DNA of 64,000 nt from the human T2T-CHM13v2.0 reference genome, Homo sapiens. The stretch lies in assembly GCF_009914755.1 (NCBI RefSeq), contig NC_060928.1; one strand, given 5' to 3'. Positions 13,563 through 27,330 of the stretch are shown here, one piece after another. Positions within the stretch are counted from its first letter, which is position 1, and every line of letters starts with the position of its first letter. The position numbers and the translations under genes were made by a program. The notes below the pieces were generated by a model. It searched no databases and was not told the origin of the DNA. It saw only the letters and a program-made list of their open reading frames with translations.

Positions 13563-15699
13563 GTAAGTACTTTTTAAAATAATATAAATCAAATATAAAA
13601 ATCACGAGAAAATGCAGCTGACTGTTCCTGTCCAAATCAGAAATTCTGATTTTTCTAATCATGAGTATTGCTTTTAATAATCCAGGATTGCAAAGGCATT
13701 TACCCCATTACTGGTGCATATTTTACTTATTAAATTATTATCACATATACTTTACCAAACCTTTTAGAAGAATCCCAACATATAATTTACTAAGTTTGCT
13801 GATGCCAGAAAGTCTTTGGGAACTGCTCATCATACATATGTTTGGGAATCTTAATGTGTCCAAAAACACTTCTTTCTATGAAACATATTAGTCTTTAAAA
13901 AATCTCAGATTAATATCATAATGCATTTGAAGTTTCTATAGATTAATGCATAAGAAAAGATTATTTTATGAAAATATTAGATTTCTTCTAATTTCAAGTC
14001 TTGTATGATTTATGGAGAAAAAAATCATACACATTATAGCATGAAAATGAAATATTAAGGTGAAATAGTTGGTTACTAGGACAATATAGAAATTATTTTA
14101 GAAAAACAGCGTATACAAACACTCTGAAAGAGGTCCATTATTCTAGAAGAAAATGTATCCAGGCTGATTAATGCTGAAAGGATGAAATTGACTTCAATAC
14201 AAACTCCAATTTATTTACCAGGCACATGTTTGGCTTATGATGAGCAACTCTTTAAGGTCCCAAGCTTCTAGTGTGTGTTTGCTTGTGTGTGTGTATGTAC
14301 TTTAAATTCCTAAGAGTTTATATGAAGAAATAAAGAGCTTACAAAATATAAATTATATTAATGTAAGCAGCAAATATCTGTCATTCATATTTTGGTGCAG
14401 AGCAACAGTGAGAACGGAATTCTGGAACTGAAGTGAAGGAGTCAGGCATCATACAGATCTGTAGACCAGGGCTGTATATCTCAGTCAAGTTGAGAAGCTG
14501 ATTTTTGAGACACCAGACAGGCAACCAGTTCTCTCACTTTATCAGTCTTTTCTTTTCTTTTCCTTTCTTTTTTCAAAAGGAAAAACTATCCGACAGTATA
14601 AACAGATATGAGTAGATTTGTCTTATGAGTTTCCAATTCTAGGCTCATTTGAATTCAAAGAGGTGCATCGGCCTCCTGGCTTCTCTTCAAAGATAGTTGA
14701 TGGGGGCTGGGAAATGGCTCTGCCTCATTATACAGCCTGTGTCCCTGGCATTGTGCCAAGGACTGGAGCTTTGCATAACTGAGTGGTTAGAGAGGAACTT
14801 CATGTGCTACAAATTCTGCTTAGGTTTCCTTTTCTAAAGCTTGCATTAGGTCTTTGGAACCAAGAAACAAGAAGAGAAGAGAGAGAGATTCAGAGGAGAA
14901 AAAGGGAGATATTCTTCTTAGTACAATTTGCATGCACGGACTTCTACATACAGAATACTTAAACAGTTCATTGTATTGAAACACGCTTAAAAATGGCCCT
15001 AGCACTTGCTGCAATCCTGCTGTGTAGGAGTTAGCCAGGTTGTGTCTGCTCCCTCTAGACTATTCTATACATCAAGAACTAAAAAAGAAGAGCAATCCCA
15101 GCATGTGGCTGGATGCACATCAAAGCCAAGTCTGCCATGAATTATTTTCCTTCCTGTTCCTTTCATTCAGGTCATGAAGCACACATACTGCTACAGGAAA
15201 GGGCAAAAGGCAATGTCAAGTGCTGTGTAATTGTTGGGTTCTTTAGTGGCAAAGGCCAGCAATGTTGCAGCCAAAAGGGCATTTAAGAGTACAAGATGTG
15301 GGTTTTTACATGGCATTCAATAATCCCTCACTTATGGCAATCAAAAATTATCCGTTTTTTAGTTTTTTTTTACAACCTACCTTCTTAAAAATACAAAGTG
15401 AAAGATATTTGTAATTTCTAAAATGTTTACTTTGAATTATAACCTCACGCAAACATCAGACAGTATTAAAGTGACAGCAATCATAGAACTTCCCACTAAA
15501 AGCAAGAAAAAAATGCCTATTCTAAACACAGCTATCTTCAGAAATGCAGTGTTTTGTTATCTTTATGCTTTCACTCTTTTTTTAATGTGTTCCCTGTCAG
15601 ATTAGCTATTCTCACCTTGGATTTCAAGGTTCCTATTAATCACAAAATATTATAAATTATTTTCTCTTTTCTTTGTATTTTAAAAATTATTGAAGAAAC

Positions 15700-18400
15700 A
15701 TTGCAAAAAAAGGAAAATAAAAATGAGGACAGTAAAGACAATCAGCAGTCACATTCCAAAGCTAACTATTGTAGCATTGCAGTGAGTCCCTCACTTCACC
15801 ATACTTTTTTCTTCACACACATACATTGACTAAAATAGGAACACTATACGTTTCTTGTATGTCGACTTGCTACCTCATCAATATGTTGTGAATATCTTTC
15901 CATGTCAGTAAATATAAATCCACATTGTTTTATACTTGCATAATATTCTGTCTGATATATATGCCATAATTTAGTTTGCCAAACCCTTACTGACAGTTGA
16001 ATTTTGTCTGTCTTATTGATGTCATAAGTTTATTTTTATATATGATCTTGGTACAATAATTTGATTTTTTGGATCAATTTCTGAAAGTGAAATTGCTAGA
16101 TCAAAGGGCTTTTGATACTTATTGTCAGAACATTTCAAAAAAAGCTGAGCTAATTTATATTCTCACTACTCTTATGTCAATTGTTCATTTATCCACTACT
16201 TGCCAACACTAGATACAAATAATATTGATATCTTTATAACTTGTAATGTATAGGCCCAAATAGTATCCTGTTATTTTAATTTGCATTTTTCCTATGTATT
16301 TAACTATTTGTATTTCATTTCTAATGAATGATGTTTTTAAATGATTATTCACTTTTACTGAGATGTTCATTTTTTCTAATACGTTTGTAATGTCTCTTTA
16401 ATTAGTGCATATTAACCTTTGTCTTATGTATTATATATAATTTTTCCAGTTTATCATCTGACTTTTAACACAGTTTATGGCTGTTTCAGGCTGTTTTTAA
16501 TCTATAAAATTTTACGGAGCTAAATTTTTAAATAGACATCATTTTTTTCTACTGTGCCTTTCAGATTTTGTGTCTGCCTTAGAAATTCCAACATTAGTTT
16601 ATAAAGGATGATCCTATGATTTCTTCAAATTCTTATATGGTTTAATTTTTAGATTTAATATTTGACCTATCTCGAAATTATTTTAGTGTAAAGAATGAGG
16701 CCAAAATCCATTTTTATTGTTTTATTTATGGCTAGTTAATTCTCATAACATCTGATATTGAATAATTCACTTTTTCCCACTGAATAGGATTGTCAAATTT
16801 ACCATGTACTCTATTTCTATACATATTTGTATCTATTTCTTGATTTTCTATTTTGTGCTACTCATTTGTCCATAAATGTATCAATACCAAACTGCTTTTA
16901 TTTTTGTAGCTTTATAATATATTTTAATATTGAGTATCATTAGTCTCAGCTCAGTACTTTTCTTTTACAATTTTTTGAGTATTCTTGCATATTCCCTTTT
17001 TATAAAGAACTTTTTATTAAAAATGATATATAGCCTTGTTTCAATAGCCAAATCGTTCTGCAAGATTTGTCAAGAAAAATAGTAATCCCCTCTTCTCCTG
17101 CCAGCCCCTAAATTCTCATTAGAATACATTACTTTCACATCTTTAGCTGTCTATTTTGGTATTTATCTTTATTACTCTAAAAACATGCTTGGTTGTTTCC
17201 TTTTTAGATACTATCTTTAACTTTCTCCTGTAGAAGACAAGAATTTATTTCTCTTTCCTATCCCTATCTCCTCTACACACAACAAACACACACACAAACG
17301 CCTTTTCCATTTCTCCATTCCCCCTAAGTTGTTACGCTGTAATTTTGTTAGAGCAATAATCAATGTCTGATTATTATATCTAAGTAAACTTCTTTTCAGA
17401 GCTAAACCTTAAAGTGATTACTTATTTTTCTATGAATTAACAATTGTTGATTATCGTTTTCATTGTGCCCTCCTCCTCCACTTCATCTACTTTCTCTGCT
17501 GCTTCTTGTTCTTCATTTACTTAGTTTTCTTTGTATTAACAATTAATGCCAAACTCACAGCCAGTTAACTAAGTCATCTTTCAAGACAACCAGATGCATT
17601 ATGTATGCTATCAATTTCACCTCCCCAAAAGAGCCCCTTCCAGAGTCTCCAGTCCAGTTGGACTGGTGACACCAGGTGCAGCCATCTTGTAGGAATTCCC
17701 CTCCCATCATCCTGGAGATTCTCTTTGCTTCTTTCCTGTGTTGGTTCTAACTCATTTTGGTGGAGTACATCCTTCAGTAGTTTCTTCTATTCCTCACAGA
17801 ATGCATGGGAAGTAAAATGTTAAGAACTTTGTATCTGAAATACTTTTCTTTTACTCTCACGCTTGGTTTATAGTTTGATTTGCTATCGAATTCTAAATTG
17901 GAAACCATTCACCTTCAGAATTTAGAGGTAATTCTTTATCATTTTCTAGCTTTCAGAGTTGCTATTAGAAATCTGAAACATTCTGATTCCTAATTATGCA
18001 TTTATACCTATGTGCTTATTTCTTTTTCTGAAGGATTATAGAGTCTTCTTTTTGTCCTTAGCACTCTGAAGTTCATGAATTCCAAGGTGTGACTCCATTT
18101 CTTCCATTGTGCTGGACACTTAGTGAGTTCTTTTAAACTGCAAATTCCTGTCTTTTTCTTGAATTATTTCGCTCACTATTTACTCCTCATATTTGCTTTG
18201 TTTTACCTTTCTGTGATTCTTATTAGTAGATGATGAAGTTCCTAGACCAGTCATCTAATTTTCTCATTTTTTTTTCTATTTTCTATTCTTTTGTGTGTTT
18301 GTTCTTCTCTTTGGAAAGTTTCAAGACATTATCTCCAACACTTGTAAGAATTAGACACTTTCTTAAACAGATTTTCAATGGACCCTCCTTATTTTGGTAT
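15700..18400 (-). mobile_element. Ancient L1 (L1M) fragments, approximate bounds
   Basis: T-rich degenerate L1 3'/ORF2-like text, e.g. gaaattgctagatcaaaggg, ttttaatttgcattttt, tttttgtagctttataatat. Confidence 0.65.
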
Positions 18401-19852
18401 CCAGCCCCTCATTCCCTATTTCCATGGGTAACCAGTGACTGTAATTGATTAACATTTGCAAAATGATTAAACATTGCCTCACCATTTCACTGGTTCTATC
18501 TGGTCTGTTACATCGGTTACTATTCATTTATCTCCCTTATGTATTCTAATTTAATAATTATTATGATGTATTTATTTTCACTATCATCTTTTATTTATGA
18601 CAAATGCTGTTTATTTGTGTAACAATATACAGTTTCCTTTAAAATTGACTTAGGTGTTTTAAAAGGAGAGTAAATTGAAAAAAGTAACAGCATAAATGCT
18701 TGTGGCTACTGTAAAATAAATATTAAATTTAGGATGCTTGTGATCATGAAATAAAGGAAATTCAAAGTAATATAGTTAATAGTTACATAATTATTCTTTT
18801 TTTTACATATTTTTTCCTTCCCATTAAGAAATATAGATGTGCTGCATGTTGAATATCTAATTTTTTTTTTGTTTTCCAGCATAATGTTTATATTATTTAA
18901 AAATCATTTTAATTTTCATTGTACTTTTTTCTTGTATTTGATATGAAACTCTGCAGCAAAACTGGATGCTGCTAAAACAAAGCCAGCTGTGTTTACTTGA
19001 CTTTGTAAAGACCCAAAAATAATTTGTAATGAGATTAGTGTAGCTACTTTTGGCACTAAATACTTGCCAAAGTATTTATGATAAGACAGAGGAAGATGAA
19101 ATAGAATTACAAATTAATAAGTAGTTTAGTTTTTGGCCCAATATGTATGAGCAATTGTTACACGTTTGTTTACTTACTGTGGGGAGTCATGGGATAATTG
19201 ACTTCCTGGCTGAGATGGGTTATATCACACATAGGACTCATCTGCCTCGCATGGTTACCAGAGCTGAATCTTACTGTGGGAGATTAGATGGGGTGAATTT
19301 TGTGGCACTGAAAGCATGGATTATTATTATATTATAACACTCCCTCTATCTTTTCTACGATATTGCTTGTCTGTGCGATGCAGTTATCTGAATATCATTG
19401 CTCATCACTTGGGCAACTCTCTCAAGTATATCTCCAGACACAAAAGTGTCTGGGAGATTTCTCATTTTTGAGAACGCCTTTTTTAGGATTTGTATTTATG
19501 ACTTTTTTAGGAGAAACAACAATCATGTATAAATACTATTATTGTCATTTGAAATATAAAAGGGAGAGATAGAACTTTGATCCCAAAGAGTGATGAATAA
19601 AAAGTAATGATACAATCTAGACACAACAGAGCCTAAGTTGGTTTTTTGATAGATCTGGATAAGAAAGAAATGAGAGCAGTTCTTAACATTTAAAGTTAAA
19701 GTTCTTAACATTTTACTTCCCATTCATTCTGTGAGGAATAGAAGAAACTACTGAAGGATGTACTCTATCAAAATGAGGAAGAACCAACACAGGAAAGAGG
19801 CAAAGAGAATCTCCAGGATGATGGGAGGGGAATTCCTACAAGACGGCTGCAC
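17676..19852. repeat. 155-bp inverted duplication (arms 17676-17830 and 19698-19852)
   Basis: Manual alignment of arm 1 with the reverse complement of arm 2 gives 148/155 identity with no gaps. Confidence 0.95.
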
Positions 19853-20283
19853 ATCTGGGTTTTTGTTTTTTATAATTAAAAATAAGAGCATATATATAAC
19901 AAAAGACCACACTAATAAACTATTTTATTAAAGTTGAATTTATATTGATTTAAATGTTTGATTATATTTTGATAGTCTTTTAGTGATTTTCAAAGATTAA
20001 ATAAGTTAGCATTTGATAATAAAAATTCAAAAGAAATTCTGATTATATTCATGTAGATAATATGATTTCCTCTAATCAAGTTAATACCTTTCATATCCTT
20101 GACTTGTTTCTTATTTAAGGGAATTATTTCTACTTTCTACTTAAGTGACTAAACTGTTGTATTATTGAAGAATCTCTGCTTACAATATATAAGAAAATGT
20201 CCTTCATATTTAAAGGTTTTGCTACTGACACACCATCAGTTAGAAAATATCTTTTGGGTTTTTTGTTAGTTTTTTTTTTTCAG

Positions 20284-20316
20284 TATAAATACTGAAAACA
20301 GTTTTCAGTATTTATA
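20284..20316. repeat. Perfect palindrome, 16-bp arms with 1-nt spacer
   Basis: TATAAATACTGAAAAC-A-GTTTTCAGTATTTATA. Confidence 0.97.
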
Positions 20317-21008
20317 ATAGATTTATTTTTAAAATCTACTTCACTCAGTCGTCTTGGAAACCAATAATCCATCTCTCCTTCCCTCCCTCTTTCCGAGTCT
20401 CTCTTTTTCCCTCTTTCTGCCTCCTTCCCCCTCTGTCACTTTCTCTCCTTACCTTCCTCTTTTTCTTCCTTAATAGATTTGGTGCAAATAGGTATGAAGT
20501 AGAAGATACAGCCTATTAAAGCAACTCTTTACTCCCTTGCAGACCTTTAATACTTATTCTGGTTTTCTTTTTAAAAAAATGTTGCCTTTGGGTTTGCTTT
20601 AGTCTTTGTCTCTCTTATGCTATCATCATTTTCTCTGCATGTGAACAAAATTCCTCAGCCATTTATTCACGTTTTTGGAAAAAACGTTCGGTATAAGATA
20701 AAAGTACATTACAGAAAATCTGAGAACTCTATCATTTCTCAGTCCACAAATATGCATTGAGAGAATACTGTATGCCATGCAGGAGGTAGAGTGGAGACAG
20801 GGAAACTGATCATAAACTGGCAAATAGGGAAACAAGATGATTCCAGATAGTGATAAGTGGAGAGATGTGATAGTGACTAGTGTATGTTTGTGAATGTATG
20901 TGCATGTGTATTTCTCCACATTGTGTGCATGTACATGTGATAATACATTCTTTTGTTTCTCATTTATCAAATGAATTGAATTAGATGGTCTCTAAGATGC
21001 CTTCCTAC

Positions 21009-21302
21009 TTTTTTTTTTTTTTTTTTTTTTGCGACAGGCTCTCACTCTGTTGCCCAGGCTGGAGTGCAGCGGCTCACTGCAGCCTCGACCTCCCCAGCTT
21101 AAGCAATCTGCCCACCTCAGCCTCCCAAGTATCTGAGACTACAGGTGCCTGCCACCATGCCTGGCTAACTTTTGTATTTTTTTCTAGAGACGGGGTTTTG
21201 CTATGTTGCCCAGGCTGGTCTTGAACTCCTGGGCTCAAGTAATCTGCCTGCCTTGGCCTCCCAAAGTGCTGGGATTACAGGCCCAAACCACTGTGCCTGG
21301 CC
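21009..21302 (-). mobile_element. AluJ
   Basis: Poly-T, gctcactgcagcctcgacctcc and ctcctgggctcaag (J-type diagnostics), ends gcctggcc. Confidence 0.93.
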
Positions 21303-22322
21303 CCCGACCCTTTCTAATGATGCAACTTTTCTAATTTTGTTCAACATTTTTATAGCTGTTTTACTATTCTAATAATATGGTCAGTCATTTATCCATAGCA
21401 ATACTTTAAAAAATTATTGAAGTATAAAACATCCACCTATTGGGATTTGAAAACAGTGTCTGTATTTCCTATCTACAGTGTATCTTTATTGGTCTCTGCA
21501 TAAAGAGGCTTTTAGAAATCACTGCCTTCTGTCTGAATGATCAATGAGAGTGGGCTAGACAATGGCATGACCAAGCTTGTAGCTTCTTCCCCTCCTGTGA
21601 ACTGCCTAACCAGTTGGAACGGCTCCAACTTCGTCTCAGAAGCTGCTAAAGGAAAAGTCAGGCATGAGTCTCACTTTTGTGTAGTCATTTGAAGATTTGT
21701 TGACTAAGAATTCCACATGGAATGTCACTGTGTGATAGCAATGATTAGTGATAGGGATAGTAATAATAATAACTAAAGAATTATCACATTTATCAGAAGT
21801 CCCTTTTGGGGACTGTGGTAGAACCTACAAAACATTGTAAATGCAACTTCTCAATTTGGTGGAAGAGAGAGGCCAAGACTTCCTTTTAACTATACCTTTG
21901 CAAGCCTCTGTTAAGATTTTTAAATGGTTATTCTCCTCAATAATAATCACCAAAATGCCATCAGGAAAATGCATTTTTCTTTGTTGTCATGGTAAAATAC
22001 GTTCTGAAATTGTTTCCCATTATATTATAAAGCCAATTATAAAAAACCTTGTAAACTGTACATGGCATATGGATGAAAATCATGCTTTGAGACAATTTGA
22101 TGGAAAGTTATACTTGTTTCTTTTAGGTTTTTGTTTCATAGTAGGGTCTTTCAGATTTGCTTCTTTCTGTCGTCTTTTGCTCTTGCTTTTATTTAGAAAT
22201 TTTAGATATACAAATGAAAAAAAGAGAAAATGTTTTAGAAGTAATCATAAAAACACACAAAAATGAAAATGTGTTAATAAAACATATGTTTGTGAAACTG
22301 ATATTATTTATCTGTATTGTAG

Positions 22323-22522
22323 AGGCAAACCAAACTTATTGGACATGGGCTCTTTGATGATCAAACCAATTCAACGTGTGATGAAATACCCCCTATTACT
22401 GTGCGAACTTCGGAATTCCACCCCTCCCTCTCACCCAGATTACAGAGCACTGGACGATGCCTTTGCTGCTGTGAAGGACATTAATGTTAACATCAATGAA
22501 CTTAAAAGAAGGAAAGATTTAG
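22323..22522 (+). CDS. ARHGEF38: ARHGEF38 coding exon (probable exon 6), C-terminal part of DH domain
   Basis: tgtag|AGGC...TTAG|gtagga, 200 nt, phase 2 to 1. [43 protein letters not shown]...[10 protein letters not shown] contains the DH signature IKPxQRxxKYPLLL. Confidence 0.97.
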
Positions 22523-23499
22523 GTAGGAAGAGACATGATGAATTGGTTGTTTTCCATTATTGGAGTGTTTGCTTTATGTTTCTGAGAATCAGAATGTTTA
22601 AGTAGTTATAGCAGCTGCAGTGAACTGATCATTTGAAATCTACAATTAGAAGCTGGAGAGAAGAGTGTGGTTTTGCCTTGTCAGCTGGGTTAAGGAGAAG
22701 ATTAAGAGGCACAAGAAATGAAATTAAAAAATAAATCAAGCAGCCATATGCTCAACTTCATTGGACCACTGCAATCCTGGTGACATATTGTGGGCTGAAG
22801 AAACCCATTGCATATAGTCCTCCTGTCACTGGAGATATGTGTGGTAAGAAAGAGAAATGGCCACGTTGCAATAGCAGTGGGAAGCAAATGCAGAAAGCAC
22901 CCAGGAAAGGGGAAGATCTAGGTGACAGAGGCCATCTAGTCTTTTGGATTCATCTGGTTCTGGCACACAGAGAATGGAGCTTTTGTGGCAATAATTTCTC
23001 TACTGATGTGAGCAAGTATACTTCTTTCTAGAATTAGCAAATTATTGTTAACTATTTGTAAGCTAAAATATAAAATTAGTGTTTAATGTAAAATTTCAAA
23101 ACAGAAGGGATAATTACATGGTTCCTATACATCCCAGAGGTAGTAATGCATTGAGCTAGGCTGTGGGTCCTCCCTCAGTGTGATTTGTGTTCACATAAGT
23201 TCTTAGTTGGTGTTGTACTGCTATTATTAAATCTCAGTTTGACATTAAAGCCACAGCAGGACTTTAGAGCTAAATGGTCTAATCACTTTATTTATTTTTG
23301 TTTTATTTTCTGATGTTTATTTCAAAAGTCATATATTTGTATTAGTAAATTAAAAAGAAAGGTGTAGAATAAAAAGTAAATGTTATGGAGTAAGAAAACT
23401 CCGTGAACAAAATGAAGAGATAGTATACAAAGGATCACTGTCCAGACTATATAATCACTGACATTAAATCAATAAAAAAACATTGTAATACAAAAAGGT

Positions 23500-24900
23500 T
23501 AAAAATAAAAAGAAGCAATTCACAGTTTTAAAATTCTAATCTTCATTTATACTCAGGGAAATGTAATCATTGAAATCACACTAACATACCATTTCCAGTC
23601 CAAGAGACTGGAGGGAAAAAGTAATGAATACGCTAAATGTTGAATCTCAATCTACAGGTGAGAATGTACTTGGAATCACTAGTTTAGAGAACAACTTGAC
23701 AATACCTAGCAAAGTTGAAGATGCACAGACCGGAGACTCAGAAAATGAATTTCTAAGTATTTGCCCAAGAGAGACTCTTGCCCATGTGCTCAAAGAGAGG
23801 TGTACTGGTAACTAGCATTGTTCATAAATGCAAATAAAAAAGACACATTAATCCAGATAGTGGATAAACTGCATATTATACACTACAATACCACAAGAAG
23901 ATAAAAATTAACTAAATAAAAAAGTAGGTGTATCAATGGGTTAATCTCAAAAACACAATCCAGAGGGTTTTTTTTTTAAAGTAAATTTGCAAGTGGTAGA
24001 AGAATATGTGCAATATGATACTATTTTATAAAGTTTTAAAACATTCAAAATGTATTTTATAATTCCAAACATCCACAGTAAAAGCATAAAAATAGATACA
24101 GATATTATAAGCCCCAATATTTAGGATAACAGTTCCCTTTAGGGATCATACATGGAGATCAGGGTGCCTCAACTGTTAGGTGAGTTGTTTTAAAAATAAG
24201 AAGACTGGAAACAAAGCAAAATGTTAAGACTGGACAAGGTTTTAGATAATGGCTGTTACATTATTCTTTATATTTTTCTGTTTGCTTAAACTATTTCAAA
24301 GTTTTGAAGAGTAAAATTCTTCCCTTCCCACCATGATTCCAGTTTGCATAGCTAACATTTTATTGTTTTCTTCAGACGTACTCTGTCTTCTTTTCTCTTT
24401 TCTTCTGTCTTTCTCTCTCTCTTCCTCTCCCTCTCTCCCTTTTCCTTCTTTCCATACTTCTTGCAACATATATGGTACTATAGTTTGTTTTTTTAAAAAC
24501 TTAATCGTATATCATGAACATTCTTTCAATTAATATTGCCTTCTTTTTAATGTTTCCATAGCATTTTATTTATGAGTATATCATTATTTATTAAACTATT
24601 TCTCTAAGGATAAATATATAGATGTTCCTAATACCTTGCTGTTAGAAAAAAAATACTCTAACAAATAAAACTTTGTATACTTGATTATGGAAAGCAGATT
24701 CTCTGCATGAACTTCCTGGTAATAGACTATGAATATTTTCCTTTTTGTTAGTTTCTGCCAAATTGTTTTCTACAAAAATGTGTTGGTTTAATTCTCATCA
24801 GCAGTCTGTAAGATTGTCCATCTCCCTACACTTTTACCAACACTGAATGTTAGAGACATTTAATGTTTTCAACATTATGAAAGGTGAAAATGATTGCAAA
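23500..24900. mobile_element. Ancient L1ME-type fragments in both orientations, approximate bounds
   Basis: aacaacttgacaatacctagcaaagttgaagatgcac and ccaagagagactcttgcccatgtgc resemble L1 3' ends. Confidence 0.6.
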
Positions 24901-24959
24901 GATAAATAAGTGAAGCTCAGAGAGGTTATTCAGCTTGCCCCAAATCTCTCAGCCAGTGA

Positions 24960-25322
<363 letters not shown>

Positions 25323-25683
25323 GAGTTGTCTTTTCATTAGTTAGATCTTGATTCCCCATTCCAGAGGCCTCAGATAATAAATGTATTATCTGAGACGAGA
25401 GGGAGAACTTTTTTCTAGTATCAGGGATTTCTTTAATATTGTAGATAAATCAAACTTAATCCTTGAGGGGCTTTTGTCCTTGTTTCTGGAGGTCAGTGGG
25501 GTGGGTGCCTGACTGGGACATGGGTGGACAGTGGGGCTGGAGCATATGGCCTCTGCAGCAGAGGCTCAAAAATCATATACATATTTATCTTGAATATAAA
25601 TACTCGTCTTGAAAACTTTGGGTGAAGTGCACACTTTCTATGCTGCATGTGTTCAGCTACGTTATTACATTCTTCCTTTTCAG

Positions 25684-25817
25684 TTCTAAAATACAAGAAG
25701 AATGACGAGGATGAATCACTTAAAGACAAATTGTCTAAACTAAATATTCATTCAATTAGCAAGAAATCAAAAAGAGTGACAAATCATCTGAAGATTCTGA
25801 CCAGAGGAGAATCACAG
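25684..25817 (+). CDS. ARHGEF38: ARHGEF38 coding exon (probable exon 7), DH-BAR linker
   Basis: tccttttcag|TTCTA...TCACAG|gtaatt, 134 nt, phase 1 to 0. (V)[44 protein letters not shown]. Confidence 0.95.
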
Positions 25818-25949
25818 GTAATTTTTCTTCTTGGACCACCCACCTTTTCCCAGGGAACATGAATGCAGATATTTTTGTGAGGTTTTGTTTTGTGAGGACT
25901 ATTTCTAGAATACTGAGAATCAAGGTAATTGCCCTATGCTGTTCTCTTG

Positions 25950-26008
<59 letters not shown>
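25950..26008 (+). repeat. (CT)n microsatellite
   Basis: Nearly pure CT dinucleotide run ~130 nt downstream of the donor at 25817. Confidence 0.95.
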
Positions 26009-27330
26009 GGAAAACAGGGGTGGGAGTGGGAATAGGATTGACACTGTCTTAGCTGTGGTGCTTCTACTCAAGAAACAGACAAAAGAGAGACACGGACATG
26101 GGACATAAGGTTGCCCCAGGAGTCCTGATGCTCATCATCAACTAGCACATATTCTCCCTCAAGGCAATGCCCTTCTTCCATCCTGTTTTACTTCTGCTCT
26201 TAAAAGTTGTACTTTTCTTTAGGGTTCCCTTGATATTCATTTTCTCTTTATTTCATCTTTATAAACAAAGTGTTTAGAGGCATAACTTAGTGCAATTATT
26301 TTTTCTACTCCTTATCCCCTTCCTCTTCCCTCACTCCCCAGATGCACATTATATTAGTGAGTAACAGTCCTGTGTCAGCTGTTTAGCCTAGCTTGAGCCA
26401 CTGTCATCCCAATCCCTAATAAATAATAGATGGATTAGCAAAGACTCTTAAACTTTAATGTGCATTAAGAATTACCTAAAAAGCTTGCTGAAAGACAGAT
26501 TCTAGGGTTCCACTTGCCTCAAGGGTACAATCTAGAAGTCTGTATTTTTGCAAACACTCTAGGTATTTTGAAGCCAATGATTTTAAAGTAAGTTATCAAC
26601 AGAACACACTTGCAATTCTTTGAGAATCACAAGATAGAAAGTTCATGGTCCTGAGATGGTAATATAGTGGGCTTCTAACCAAAATTAGGGAAGATAGTTC
26701 TTAGTATACTATCTAGTCCTTATTTTTTCCTTCTCATTTGCCTGTTTTTATCACTCATGTATTAATATCTCTAAGATTTTTAGTTTGAACAAGAGGCAGC
26801 TGTATGGTGGTTCATGTTGGTTTCAGATGGCTTTGGCAGCTGCTGTGGTCTTTTCTCCTTCCGTTAAGTCTTTGCAGCTTTCCAACCACTTAGGTAAAAG
26901 CAGCCCCTTCTTCCTCTGGAAAGGGTTAATATATTGACTCTATATTTCAATCTTGACACTATTCATATTTGCAGGAGTCAGCACAGGGAAGAAATTAAGA
27001 ACAACATCTTTGAAGTTATCCAAACCTGGGTTTGAACCCTACCTCTGCCACTTAGTAAATGTTTGTTTGGGGGCACATAACAAATTCAATGTAATCATCT
27101 GTAAATTCGGATTCTCCTAGTACTTAACAAATGGGATGGTTGTGAGGATTAAATGAGATGATGCATACATCAAGAAAACACCTAACATAGTGTGTAAGCA
27201 CTCAATATACTTTAGCTGTCATTATTATCATAAATTTAATCATTATTATTTTATATCATCACCTTGTATGGTTATTTACCTTTGAATGTGCAGACTTTTC
27301 TTCCTATGTGATGTTAAGTCCTTCATACAT

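Noticed and set aside
21841-22266. 141-aa ORF just upstream of exon 6
   Set aside because: AT-rich low-complexity composition, no recognisable domain, and not needed for the continuous ARHGEF38 frame.
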